A stretch of DNA of 64,000 nt from Octopus vulgaris (Eukaryota): the NCBI GenBank assembly GCA_951406725.2, contig OX597820.1:60264001-60328000 (forward strand), read 5' to 3'. The notes under the pieces were generated by a model that saw only the letters and a list, made by a program, of their open reading frames with translations, was not told the origin of the DNA and made no database searches. This document shows, in pieces, positions 1 through 11,240 of the stretch. The position numbers were made by a program, and so were the translations under genes. Each line of letters opens with the position of its first letter. Position 1 is the first letter of the stretch.

Positions 1-344
1 CGAACTTAATCCTATAGAATAGAGAGTGGAAAATTGTAATTTTGCTAGAGCTGACAGTGTCATGGGAAGAAAACATCCCTAATGCAGAGCAACGGGAGGA
101 GAAAAGGTATGAGAGATTAATTGAAGAGTGCAGAGATCAAGGATGGACTGTCGAGTATTACCACCTAGCAGTGGAGGCTAGAGGCTTCAATGAAAGGAAA
201 ATGGCAACGTTATTTAAAAGAAGGTTTGCCTTTTCGAGCTCAGAGCTGAGTAAAGTAATAAGGAGGATACAGGAGGCAGTCGACAAAGCCAGCTTCTATA
301 TATGGCTGAAACGAGAAGACCCAAAATGGCTTGAAATATTTTGA
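1..344 (+). mobile_element. 3' end of a non-LTR retrotransposon ORF with restriction-like endonuclease (HERO/R2-type), degenerate
   Basis: IVILLELTVSWEENIPNAEQREEKRYERLIEECRDQGW...AVEARGF fits the ELTVPWEE...KY..L...C...GW....VEVG.RGF RLE motif. In-frame TAG at 15-17. Confidence 0.8.
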
Positions 345-690
345 GTTCCATTATTGAATTGAATTGAATATATTAAGGAAATGGTTATGTCCTTTATGTT
401 TGAAGTCTATGTGGTCATCTGACAAGAACGGTTTCTTTCAAATGATGTAATGTCTTCATTAATCAATTAAAATAATCACTTGAAATGGCTGTAATGAATT
501 GACACCTGTACATCTTTGTTACTCATTTTTATTTTATTCACCTAACTTGGAATCTGCACTTTGGAAATATTATAGAAAGTACCTTTATAAAAAGTACATG
601 TCTGAATTACCAAAGCAGATATCCTTACTTAGCTGGGTTGGTAGGAATATCAGGTACAAACACCCCTGCACAGAGATGCTGGCGGCGGCG

Positions 691-1758
691 TCATCGTCGT
701 TGTCATCATCAACGTTTATTGTCCACTTTCCATGCTGGCATGGGTTGGACGATTTGACTGAGGACTGGCGAGCCAGATGGCTGCACCAGGCTCCAATCTG
801 ATTTGGCAGAGTTACTACAGATTGATGCCCTTCCTAACACCAACCACTCCGAGAGTGTAGTAGGTGCTTTTACATGCCACTGGCACGAGGGCCAGTCAGG
901 TGGTACTGGCAACAGCCACACTCAAATGGTGTTTTTTTATGTGCCACCTGCACAGGAGCCAGTCCAGTGGTACTGGCAATCACCTCGCTTGAATAAATTT
1001 TTTACGTGGCAGTTAAGCAATGCTGGTAACGATCACGCTTGAATGGTGCTTTTTATGTGCTACCGGCATGGAATAGAAGATGGATTTAATATGAATCTTT
1101 ATTCAGCATGGCAACTCTTTCAACCCATCCTGTAGCTGTCCCTTATGGGTAGGATATTGTGCATCTAGTTGTATTGCATCAATCAGTGCAGGTTGTGTTG
1201 TTTCAGGTGCTTGGTGTAAAAAAGAGATATCCCACTACATATACTGAGTTCTTATTCTTGTTTGTTGCATGTTGATACATACATACATATATATCATCAT
1301 CGTCGTTTAACGTCCGTTCTCCATGCTAGCATGGGTTGGACGGTTCGACCGGGGTTCTGGGAAGCCAGAAGGCTGCACCAGGCTCCAGTCTAAATTTGGC
1401 AATGTTTCTACAGCTGGATGCCCTTCCTAACGCCAAGGCTTGCCAGTCCTCAGTCAAACTGTCCAACCCATGCCAGCATGGAAAACGGATGTTAAACGAT
1501 GACGAGGATGATGATGATATATCATTGGTAAAACAGAAATATATATATATACATATCGTCTGGTCCCCATGCCGGTGGCATGTAAAAAGCACCCACTACA
1601 CTCATGGAGTGGTTGGCGTTAGGAAGGGCATCCAGCTGTAGAAACACTGCCAGATCAGACTGGGCCTGGTGCAGCCTCCTGGCTTCCCAGACCCCAGTTG
1701 AACCGTCCAACCCATGCCAGCATGGAAAGTGGACGTTAAATGATGATGGTGATGATAT

Positions 1759-1792
<34 letters not shown>

Positions 1793-2230
1793 CTTGAAAT
1801 TGTAGTCATGGCCAGTGCTGCCTGACTGGCACCAGTGCTGGTGACATGTAATAAGCACCATTTGAGTGTAGGTCAATGCTAGTTCCACCTGACTGGCTCC
1901 CTGTGCTAGTGGTATGTAAAAAAGCACTATACAAATGTGGTCAATGCCAGTGCCCCCTGACTGGCTCCCATGCCAGTGGCATGTACAGAGCACCATTTGA
2001 AAGTGGTCAATGCCAGTGCCCGCTGATTGGCTCCTGTGCTGGTGACACATAAAAAACACTTACTATACTCTTGGAGTGGTTGGCATTAGGAAGGACATCC
2101 AGCTGCAGAAAACTTGCCAGATTAGATTGGAGCCTGGTGCAGCCTACTGGCTTGCCAGTCCTCAGTCAAACTGTCCAACCCATGCCAGCATGGAAAACGG
2201 ATGTTAAACGATGACGAGGATGATGATGAT
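691..2230. mobile_element. Cluster of RTE-LINE 3'-end fragments in both orientations, with (CAT)n/(GAT)n tails
   Basis: Repeated ttaacgtccgctttccatgctagcatgggttggac and ggaagggcatccagctgtagaa motifs, matching the 3' UTR of the RTE copy at 24693-25862. Confidence 0.8.
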
Positions 2231-2787
2231 ATATCATTGGTAAAACAGAAATCCAAATAAGGAGCACATTCTAAGTTATAGAGCAGAATATGAAATAAAT
2301 AAAGTTAGATAAGGTTGATTTATGGAATTACTCTGGGTTTCATGTTCATCTTCATAAAGCTCTTAGCCAACATAAGAGCTTTATGGAGATGAACATGAAA
2401 CCCAGGGTAATTCCATAAATCAACCTTATTTAACTTAAAAAAAAAATCACCTTTCAAAAACTGTATTAAGTAGTCATCATAGACTTTCAGATATATATAT
2501 ATATATATATATACTCAAAATAAGCAACAAGAATAACTTTGGTAATTTGGTACCAAATTACCAAAGTTATTCTTGTTGCTTATTTTGATTATAATCACCC
2601 CATGGATTTTTATGGATAACACCATACAGAATTCTGGTGCATCTAAATTAAGTACCATATTTATTTTAATCTAAATTTTTGCTGAACTTATATATATATT
2701 AGAAGAAATGAGGTAATCAGAAGATCGGATGGTTTGTATTTACAGATATTTATTTATATATTACATTTTTTACATATATATCATATC

Positions 2788-2843
2788 ACTTAGTTCATTA
2801 GCGCTTTCTCCCATTCTAGTGGGGTTTTCAAATGAAAATAAGT
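2788..2843 (-). ncRNA. Minimal type-I hammerhead ribozyme-like motif (U3-A8 variant)
   Basis: Minus strand reads ACUUA-UU-UUCAU UUGAAAA CCCCA CUAGAA UGGGA GAAA GCGC UA AUGAA-C-UAAGU: stem I, core, stem II, GAAA, palindromic GCGC loop and UH site. Confidence 0.6.
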
Positions 2844-3581
2844 TCCTTTGCTGGGGATTTTAATCATTTTATAGTTTCTGGTTGTGGTGGGGAGGAATGT
2901 TAGACAGTACAAGAGGGTGAGGTGGATGAGGAGGAAGTGAGAAGGAGAACATGTGTGTATGTGTGTGTGCGTGTCACGCTTATACGTGAAATATTTGAAA
3001 AAAAAACCTTTTTATCGGTTCAAAATGAACAACTAAATTACACCATCTTGAAAATTGTATATCATAGGAAAGTTAAAATTAAAGTGACAGTTAAAAAGTA
3101 CAGATGAAGTAAATTATAAAAATAATATAATGTATATAACAGGCAATATATATATATATACACACACACATATATATATACATATACAGACGTATACTAA
3201 ATGTTCTACTATATTAGATAGTAAATCGAAAGATGTGTTCTTCAATGTCACTATATACATATATACATGCTTACACATGAAATATTAGAAAAAAACCTTC
3301 TATCGATTCAAAATGAACAAAATGAATCGATAGAAGGTTTTTTTCTAATATTTCATGTGTAAGCATGTATATATTTTTACCATCCAATTTTTACCATCCA
3401 GTGAAGTGTACACGGAATTACCCATTGGAAGAATTCATGGAGTGACCAGCAACATATTGTAGTCACAGATGTTAAATACTGATTGAAGTATTTAACTAGA
3501 ACTTAACTGGGAGCTAATAAGGTATCTGCCTAAATAATATATATCCCCACAAACTCACTTTTACACACACACACACACACA

Positions 3582-4520
3582 AGGGGCAATAAAAAATTGT
3601 CAGCACTTTTGTTAAAACTTAGTTTAGGTTGGCTATATTGATTTCAGCATTTGTGTGCTAAAAGGCAATATTTTTGTGGTTACATACTCAAGTTTTGACC
3701 TTGATTGCTTCAGCATTTTTTCCCGTATTACAGAGAAAACATAGCCACTCCACTGGCAGTGTGCACCAAGGAAGATCAGAGATCAGTATCCGATTTCTCT
3801 GGTCTGAAGGTGTCAGGGGCTGAAATTTATTGCAAGTTATCAGTACAATATGAGAGCATTGAAAAGTTTAAAAATAGCTGGACAAGCATGAAGCATAGTG
3901 TGGGAGCAGGACGCCCATCAACCTCCACAAGTGACGTGAAGATTCAAGAAACTTGAGAAATGCTTCTGGCAAACCAATGAGTGACCATTGATGAGGTGGC
4001 ATGTTCTCTGAGAATTAATTATAGTTCTGTGTAACAAAATCACCCATGACAAGCTTTGCTTCCATAAAGTCTGTGCAAGCTGGGTGTCAAGAGAGCTTAC
4101 TGAAGCACATAAGTGCAATTGTACAGAAACCTGTCAACACTTACTTGACCACCACAATGATGAAGGCGAAGCTTTTTTTTGAAGAGAACAGTCACAGGAG
4201 ATGAGACCAGGGTTCATCACTTTGAGCCACAATCCAAAACGCAGAATATGGAATGAAAATACATGGAATTGCCAGCGGAAAAGAAAATGAAGACACAACC
4301 TTCCACAGAAAAAGTGATGTTAACCGTTTTCTGTGGTGCAAAAGGGCCTATACTGGACCATTACATGGAAAAGGGGTCTACAAAGTAATGCTGGCCAACA
4401 AACTGAAACCAGCAATTCGCACCAAATGTCAAGGTATTGTTAAAGCAAGTGTGATTGCTGCATGGCAATATATGACCACATACAGCTGTCCACACAATTG
4501 AAACTATTGAAAAATTACCA
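3582..4520 (+). mobile_element. Degenerate mariner transposase fragment
   Basis: Frameshifted CTKEDQRSV, AGRPSTST, WVSRELT (WVPR motif) and VTGDETRVHHFEPQSK. Truncated at the 3' end. Confidence 0.85.
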
Positions 4521-4579
4521 AGTGTCAAACTATCCAACCCATGCCAGGAAGATGGACATTAAATGATGATGATGAGATA

Positions 4580-6092
4580 TGAGGAGTGTTCATTAAAGAC
4601 TTTCTCTGACCCAATTCCCAAGGACTGGGATAAAGGAAACTTGGCATAATTATTAGTCCTTCTCTACATAGCCACCACCAATGGTGGCACACTTCTCCCG
4701 TTGCTTTATGTAGCTGTGAAGACCTCATCAGTAGCAGTCAGTAGGTTGCATCTGGAGCCAAGACTTTACCTAGGAAATATATTTCTTTACTACCCACAAG
4801 GGGCTAAACACAGAGGGGACAAACAAAGACAGACATAGGTATTAAGTCGATTACATCGACCCCAGTGCGTAACTGGTAATTAATTTATCGACCCCGAAGG
4901 ATGAAAGGCAAAGTCGACCTCAGCGGAATTTGAACCCAGAACGTAACGGCAGACGAAATATGGCTACGCATTTCGACCGGCGTGCTAACGTTTTTGCCAG
5001 CTTGCCGCCTTCGGAAATAAGTTCATCATAATCTGAAAAGTGCTCCCTTTCAAAAAAGACTATATGGTTGGAAAGAGGTGAAAGTCAGATGGTACAAGGT
5101 CGGGAGAGTAAGGTGGTCGAGGAAGGATTTCATAGCTGCAGGAGTGTGCTTGCATCTGGGCAACATGCACATTGTGAATTGGGGCATTGTCTTGAAGGAG
5201 GTACACTCTTTTGCTCAGCATGTCATGCCTCTCAGCTTTGATAGCATCCTGCAATTTCTGCAGCAGAGAAGCATAATATGGCCCCATTAATTGTGGTACC
5301 TTTTGCTAGAAAATCTATCATCACTACTCTGCACTGGTCCCAAAAGACTGTGAGCATCACCTTGCCTGCTGAGGGTTGGACATGAGCCTTCTTTGGAGGT
5401 AGTGAGTTATCATGCTTCTATTCCTTCAACTGGACTTTAGTCTCAGGATCATAGTGATGGACTCATGTTTCAACCTGTGTAAAAAGTCTGCTGTAAAAGT
5501 CCTCCTCGTTTTCTTTGCACATTGTCAAAAGAGTCTAGGAGCAATTGACTCGTTCCTGCTTCTGCAAAGGTGTGAGTATCTGAGCAATCCATCATGCAGA
5601 CAACTTTTATCTGTGCAAATGGTTGTGAATGATTTTTTCCATGGACCCTATACTTATCTTCAATTCTTGGGCTAGTTGCCAAATACTTATGCAGCAATCA
5701 TCCAAAATGGTGGCTTCTACTTTATGGATGGTGTAATTATCAATGGTGGAATGTGGTCATCTAGAAATAGGAGTAGTTTCCACCGATGTCCGACCACATT
5801 TGAACTGGCAATGCCAGTGCTTGACTATGTTGTATGATGATGCATCGTCACCATAAACTTCTTTCATCTCATCAACTTTTCAAATATAAGAACCTGATCA
5901 TTGATCTACTTTCAACTTCCTCCATTATCACGCTTTAGTCCACTTCAGCAGCTATAAAAGACAACTGAACACTAGTGGAAAGCTGCAATTTACAATCTGA
6001 CATGTAGAAACATGTATGATTATACCTGTACAAATTCCGTTACTGCAACAACCAGAAGTGGGTCAGGGGAAATCTTTAATGAACACCCCTCA
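4580..6092 (-). mobile_element. Degenerate mariner element with both TIRs and TA target duplication; SINE inserted at 4780-5010
   Basis: TA-TGAGGAGTGTTCATTAAAGACTTTCTCTGACCCA ... TGGGTCAGGGGAAATCTTTAATGAACACCCCTCA-TA. Peptides LLQDNAPIH and PPYSPDLVPSDFHLFP. Confidence 0.93.
4780..5010 (-). mobile_element. tRNA-derived SINE, family C (ggcggcgagctggcagaaacgttagc...)
   Basis: Matches the other family C copies; flanked by ggaaata on both sides. Confidence 0.85.
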
Positions 6093-6315
6093 TATATATA
6101 TATATGTGTGTGTGTTTAAGAATTTTAAAACTCACTTCTTTAACTTTCTAAGACATCTCAACACTTCTAAAGCAAACTTTGTTTGTTTATTTTCATCGTA
6201 ATTTGAATTTAATATATATTTATATTTATATATAAGTGAAGTGTATACATACTCTTTTGGTATTGAGTACATTCTTCACTAATTTGTGAACAAGTGTTTT
6301 CTCCATTATCTATAC

Positions 6316-6720
6316 CAGTGGTTCCCAAAGATCTGTGGTCTGCAAAGGTAGTACTGAGGATACCTATTTCTTTACTACCCACAAGGGGCTAAACACAGAG
6401 GGGACAAACAAGGACAGACACATGGATTAAGTCGATTACATGAACCCTAGTGCGTAACTGGTACTTATTTAATCGACCCCGAAAAGGTGAAAGGCAAAGT
6501 CGACCTCGGCGGAATTTGAACTCAGAACGTAATGGCAGACGAAATACCACAAAGAATTTCGCCCGACATGCTAATGTTTCTGCCAGCTTGCCGCCTGAGG
6601 ATACCATGAACAAAATTCAAAATTTCATATATCTATACATAAGGATAAGCATATTAAAAGGGGTCTGAGGGAAAACTCATTTAAATAAAATCTTGATAGT
6701 GAAAAGGTTGGAAACCACAG
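6316..6720. mobile_element. hAT-type MITE with 8-bp TSD, carrying a nested SINE
   Basis: Ends CAGTGGTTCCCAA...TTGGAAACCACAG, flanked by ATCTATAC at 6308-6315 and 6721-6728. Nested family C SINE at about 6365-6595 with TSD ctgaggatacc. Confidence 0.85.
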
Positions 6721-7329
6721 ATCTATACACACACACATACACATGAGATTACATGCTTCTGCACAAGAGACAGAGAGACTGAACCCAAAACCGCAAAGGT
6801 CACAAAGCAAACTTCTTAAACACATAATAAGGCCTGAGTCTAGAATGATATAATGGCCCATTTATAACAACAACAGAGAAGAACATGCAATGCTACTGCT
6901 TCTATCAATTCATGTCAGAGATAAGCGATTATTTTATAGTGTGTAACATGAAATGCAATGTTAAGCCTTGGATTTAAATTTCTGACATTACCTTTACAAC
7001 TGTCTGTTATCAGTAAGAAACTAATATCTGCATTATAATCATTCAGTCAACAGGTCATGCCGGCTGATTTCCTAGAAATGAACTCAGGATACTTGAGTAT
7101 TTTGAGTTTATTTCTAGGAAACTTTTAATGATCTTAGATACCATTTGGTAAAGATAAATACTAATAGTTTCTCTAATAGCATGCTGAGAGTAACACTACA
7201 AGCTTTCTTGTTGTGGGGGCTCCTGACATAAATTTCCTGTAAATTGAGCAATCATTAATTCCAGGCTTTTAATATTTTTCTTGTTGCATAAAAAAATAAA
7301 ATCACAAATATCCTTGTTTGTATGATTTG

Positions 7330-9455
7330 AAAAAGAAAATAAAATGGAAAGAAATGATACTGACATGAAACAATAACACTTCATGGAAGAGCTGAAACAG
7401 TGTATCATAGCAATAGCAGGTAAGCTTTCCAGAAAAGAATAGTTCAGCATCAACAGAACAGACTTTTTGAGACAGACCAGAGGAGATTTTATCACAAAAT
7501 AAATAGTGTAGGAGAAACTACTGAAGATGAGAAATCTAATGCAGAAGAAACCGGAAAGTTCTGGAGTGATATTTGGGACAAGCCAATTAATGACAGAAAT
7601 GCAGTATGTTAGTTAGTTAGTTAGTTAATTTGGCTCAAAAGCAAATAGCAAGGCCATGTAGGGGGACAAGGAGTTAAGTACAGGGTGGTGTTCATGTAAA
7701 GAGTTCAGGCCACTTGAGGTCAAGGGAGGCTTTGAACAAAGCGGTCGTCGGCATCTTCACCATCTCGTCTGGCAGCTTGTTCCACGGATCTGCAACCTGG
7801 ACGGAGAAAGCTCCTCTCCTTCGATTGAGATGAAATCGTCGCAGGTAGAGCTTTTCGGAATGATCCCGCAGCCGACGCTCTGGAGCAGGAGTGAAGAACA
7901 GCTCTTTCGAGAGGTTACACTTTCCGCTTATGATGTTGTGGGCGAGAATGAGATCACCACGGCGGCGGCGTTTTTCTAGAGAATAAAGTTTGAGCGTCCT
8001 CAGCCTTTCTTCATAGGACAAAGTTTTGAGACCATGAACCATGCGGGTAGCCAGCTTCTGGACTCTTTCGAGATGCTGTATGTCTTTGAGGAGATAAGGA
8101 GAAGAGGCTTGAATCCCGTACTCCAATATGGGTCTCACCAGCGTGACATAGAGTGGTAGGAATATGGCTGCTGTGAGCATTCCGAATGACCGTCGAATCA
8201 AGAACAGAATTCCGCGTGCTTTGTTGGCAGCATGGACGCACTGGGCTGAAGGCGAAAAGGAGGAATCCACCAAGATACCCAGGTCCTTTACCTGATCGGT
8301 CCTCTCTAGCAGCAGACGACCTGGCTCGAAATCAAGTTGAGTTGCAGGAGGAGAGCCAACAGGCAGATGACAGCACTTTGACACGTTCAGACACAGGTCC
8401 CATTTCGTTAGACCACTTCCAAATTTGGTGGAGGCATCGACGAAGATCCTCTATATCACCGCGAGGAGCGACCAGTTTGATATCGTCGGCAAATAGAAGG
8501 GTGTGTTGCGTGAGGTCGTCGGGCAAGTCATTTATGAAGACTAAGAACAATAAGGGCCCAAGCACTGAACCTTGAGGCACGCCACTGCTCGCACTGGAGA
8601 CGTCGGACCGCGAACCATTAACTTGGACTTGGAAGGAGCGATCTGAGAGGAAGGCACCAACCCATCGTACAATATCCGGATGGAAACTACATGCTTGAAG
8701 CTTGACAAGTAATAGGCGGTGGTTTACCGAGTCAAAAGCTTTGGCAAAGTCCAATAAAACGATGTCAACAGCATCACTATCATCGAGGATGCGCGTCACC
8801 AATTCTTCCATTACCAGTAAGTTGGTCAAGCATGATCTCTTCGGCACGAAGCCGTGTTGGGAATCAGAGATAGAGGCTGTGTTTTGGAGGTGGAGCATCA
8901 TACTTTTCTTAAGGATGGTTTCGAACATCTTGCTGATTATTGATGTAAGGGAAACCGGTCGGTAGTTAAGCGGGTCTTCGCGGTTCCCTTTCTTGAAAAT
9001 TGGGCATATTTATCGCTGTTCTCCAGTCCGCAGGTATAACACCCGTCGCCAATGACATATTGAATAGACGTGTTAAGGGCTCGCAGATGACCGGAGCCAA
9101 CGCTTTGATAACCCGTGGGTGTATGCCGTCAGGGCCGTGACCCTTGCTGACATCGAGGCCTTGAATAACACATTTGACAGTATGGTAAAAGAAAATGAGG
9201 GAAGACATAGTTAGTGAGAAGCAGCCAGATCTAAAACTATCGAGAGTATTAATGAGTAAAACGCTAGGAAGGATGCTGAATTGGAAGGGTCCAGGAATAG
9301 ATTTAGTTCAAGGGTACTGGTTAAAGAAATTTAGTAGCTTACAAGAGGAACTGAAGGAATGACTACAAGATTGCCTGAATGGAGAAGTCATACCTAATTG
9401 GATGACTAGAAGGAGAATAGCACTCCTTATGAAAGACAAAAGCAAGGGCAATATC
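7330..9455 (+). mobile_element. Degenerate R4/Dong-like LINE fragment, split by the CR1-like insertion
   Basis: QQNRLFETDQRRFY and FWSDIW before 7609; WKGPGIDLVQGYWLKKFSSL and IPNWMT after 9177. Confidence 0.7.
7609..9177 (-). mobile_element. 5'-truncated CR1/L2-clade LINE, reverse transcriptase with two frameshifts
   Basis: GPDGIHP, NYRPVSLTS, QHGF, DFAKAFDSV, VPQGSVLGPLLF, FADDIKL, LERVQKLATRM, WNKLP. (CTAA)n tail. TSD CAGTATG at 7602-7608 and 9178-9184. Confidence 0.95.
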
Positions 9456-9759
9456 ACTGAAAATGGATGGTACATGTGGAAGAGGGGGATCCAAGAAGAC
9501 ATGGGATGAAATGGTAAGGACTCATCTCAGGATGTTGGGTCTCACGGAGGAAATGACAATGGATAAGATCTTTGGTGATATCAGGTTCTTGAGAAAACCT
9601 ACACATGTCAGCGAAACTGAGTTCTAGAAGCGCTGTGTGTTCCACCCTAACATAAGAAGAAGAAAACTTCTCACATACCCTACCATAACAAACCAAACTA
9701 CATCAGTTCTCTTCCTTAGATTTCCACTTCATGCACTATGCTTACTTTCCACTCCTCAA

Positions 9760-10795
9760 TCCTGTCATCTTGGCCCTGTCTCACTGTATCATTGCTATCC
9801 ACTAGACTCCGATCTGTGTGTTCCACCCACACTTAACAAGAAAGCATTTTACACCCTACCCCAACAAACCAATCAACATCTCTTCTCTTCCTCACATTTC
9901 CTTATTCATGCACTATGTCTATCTCTCACTCCCAATCCTATCCTCATGACCCTGTTTCATTACTGACTGGTAGTCACCTCAACTGTATATACCCAGGTTT
10001 TCACCACTCACTTCCCCTCCCTGCTCTCTAATCACATCAAACACACACATAGAAACAAATTTTGGCAATATCCGGCTACTTATATTATGGCCTTCGAACT
10101 TCAAGGTTATAACCCTGGTACTTGCCATCATCTATATCTCTCTCTACCTTTACTCGACCATCCCAGTTATATTTTGATCACCTTCCCTTGTGTGTATACC
10201 CAGTACTTTGCCACCATCTCTATCCTGATGTCTCCCACTCTCTCTCTCCTTCTCCTGCACTTCCCTCAGTTTGAATAACCATGTATCTCCTTTGTGGCAG
10301 CACACCTGTTTCTGTCCTCATTCTTGATCTCTCTCTCTCTCTTTCCAGCTGGGTAACCTTGTACCTCCTCTACAGCAAGACACCTGTTTCCGTCTTTCTG
10401 TTTCACTATAACCTTTCATCATCTGACACAAGACCACCTACCCCAATAGCCCTTTCCTTCTCAAAAGACTTTTGTCTTGCAGGTTACTTGGTGATCCTGT
10501 CAGTGCAGGTGCCACTTAAAAAGCATCCAATCCATACTGTAAAGTATTTAGTGTTCAGAAGGGCATCCAGCTGTAAAAAACCTTGCCAAATCTGACCTCG
10601 TCTGTGCTTGTGCCATGTAAAATGCACTAAGTCCACTCTGCTGGGTGGTTGGTGTTAGGAAAGGCATCTAGCTATAAAATTCCAGCCAAAACAGTCACAG
10701 AAGTCTGGTACTGGCTTCTGCATGGCTGGCTCTTGTCAACCGTTTCACCCATGCCAGCATGGAAGGTGGGCATTAAACAATGATGATGATGATGT
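9760..10795 (+). mobile_element. Interspersed retro-element, family D (pyrimidine-rich body, gaagggcatccagc box, (GAT)n tail)
   Basis: Aligns by eye with 12790-13585, 29760-30450, 40380-40770 and, on the minus strand, 17760-18290. Confidence 0.65.
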
Positions 10796-11136
10796 GCACA
10801 TTCATTATTCAGATCAAAGTAGCACATTTTAAAACATTTTATTCTCTCAACAAAATCCATTTTCTCACCAAGCAGGAAAATGAAATTAAGTAGTCTGACC
10901 AATCACTCTCATTTTATAAATAACTTGACTTATGTATTACCATAACTTTTTCTTTTTTTTTATCTTACTTATACAGAGACCACATTGTAAGATTTATACA
11001 GGTTAATACATTACTGTCAGTAGCTGGTTATTTCAAGAGTAAAACCACATCACACATTCCTTACCAAATTTGTTTCTATGAAATAAGTAGAAAAGAAAAG
11101 AAAAAAAAAAGCCACAAAAGGGCAAACAAAACTTAC

Positions 11137-11240
11137 TTTGTTGTGAGAGACTTTGAAATATTTAATACTATTCCAGCCATATCAACCTCATAATAATTTC
11201 GTAGGCAGGGGTCAGTTATTATGTTTGTGGTTGTAAATAC
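11137..11240 (-). CDS. BRCA2: BRCA2 exon, OB3 (3' part of human exon 24 equivalent)
   Basis: accag|GTA...AA|gtaagt, 104 nt, phase 0/2. VFTTTNIITDPCLRNYYEVDMAGIVLNISKSLTT contains EVDMAGIV, matching human EVDLIGFV. Confidence 0.88.

Noticed and set aside
803-1042. Recurrent LQLDALPNANHSESVVGAF peptide in many ORFs, suggesting a gene family
   Set aside because: It is the antisense translation of the RTE 3' UTR, with frames broken differently in each copy.
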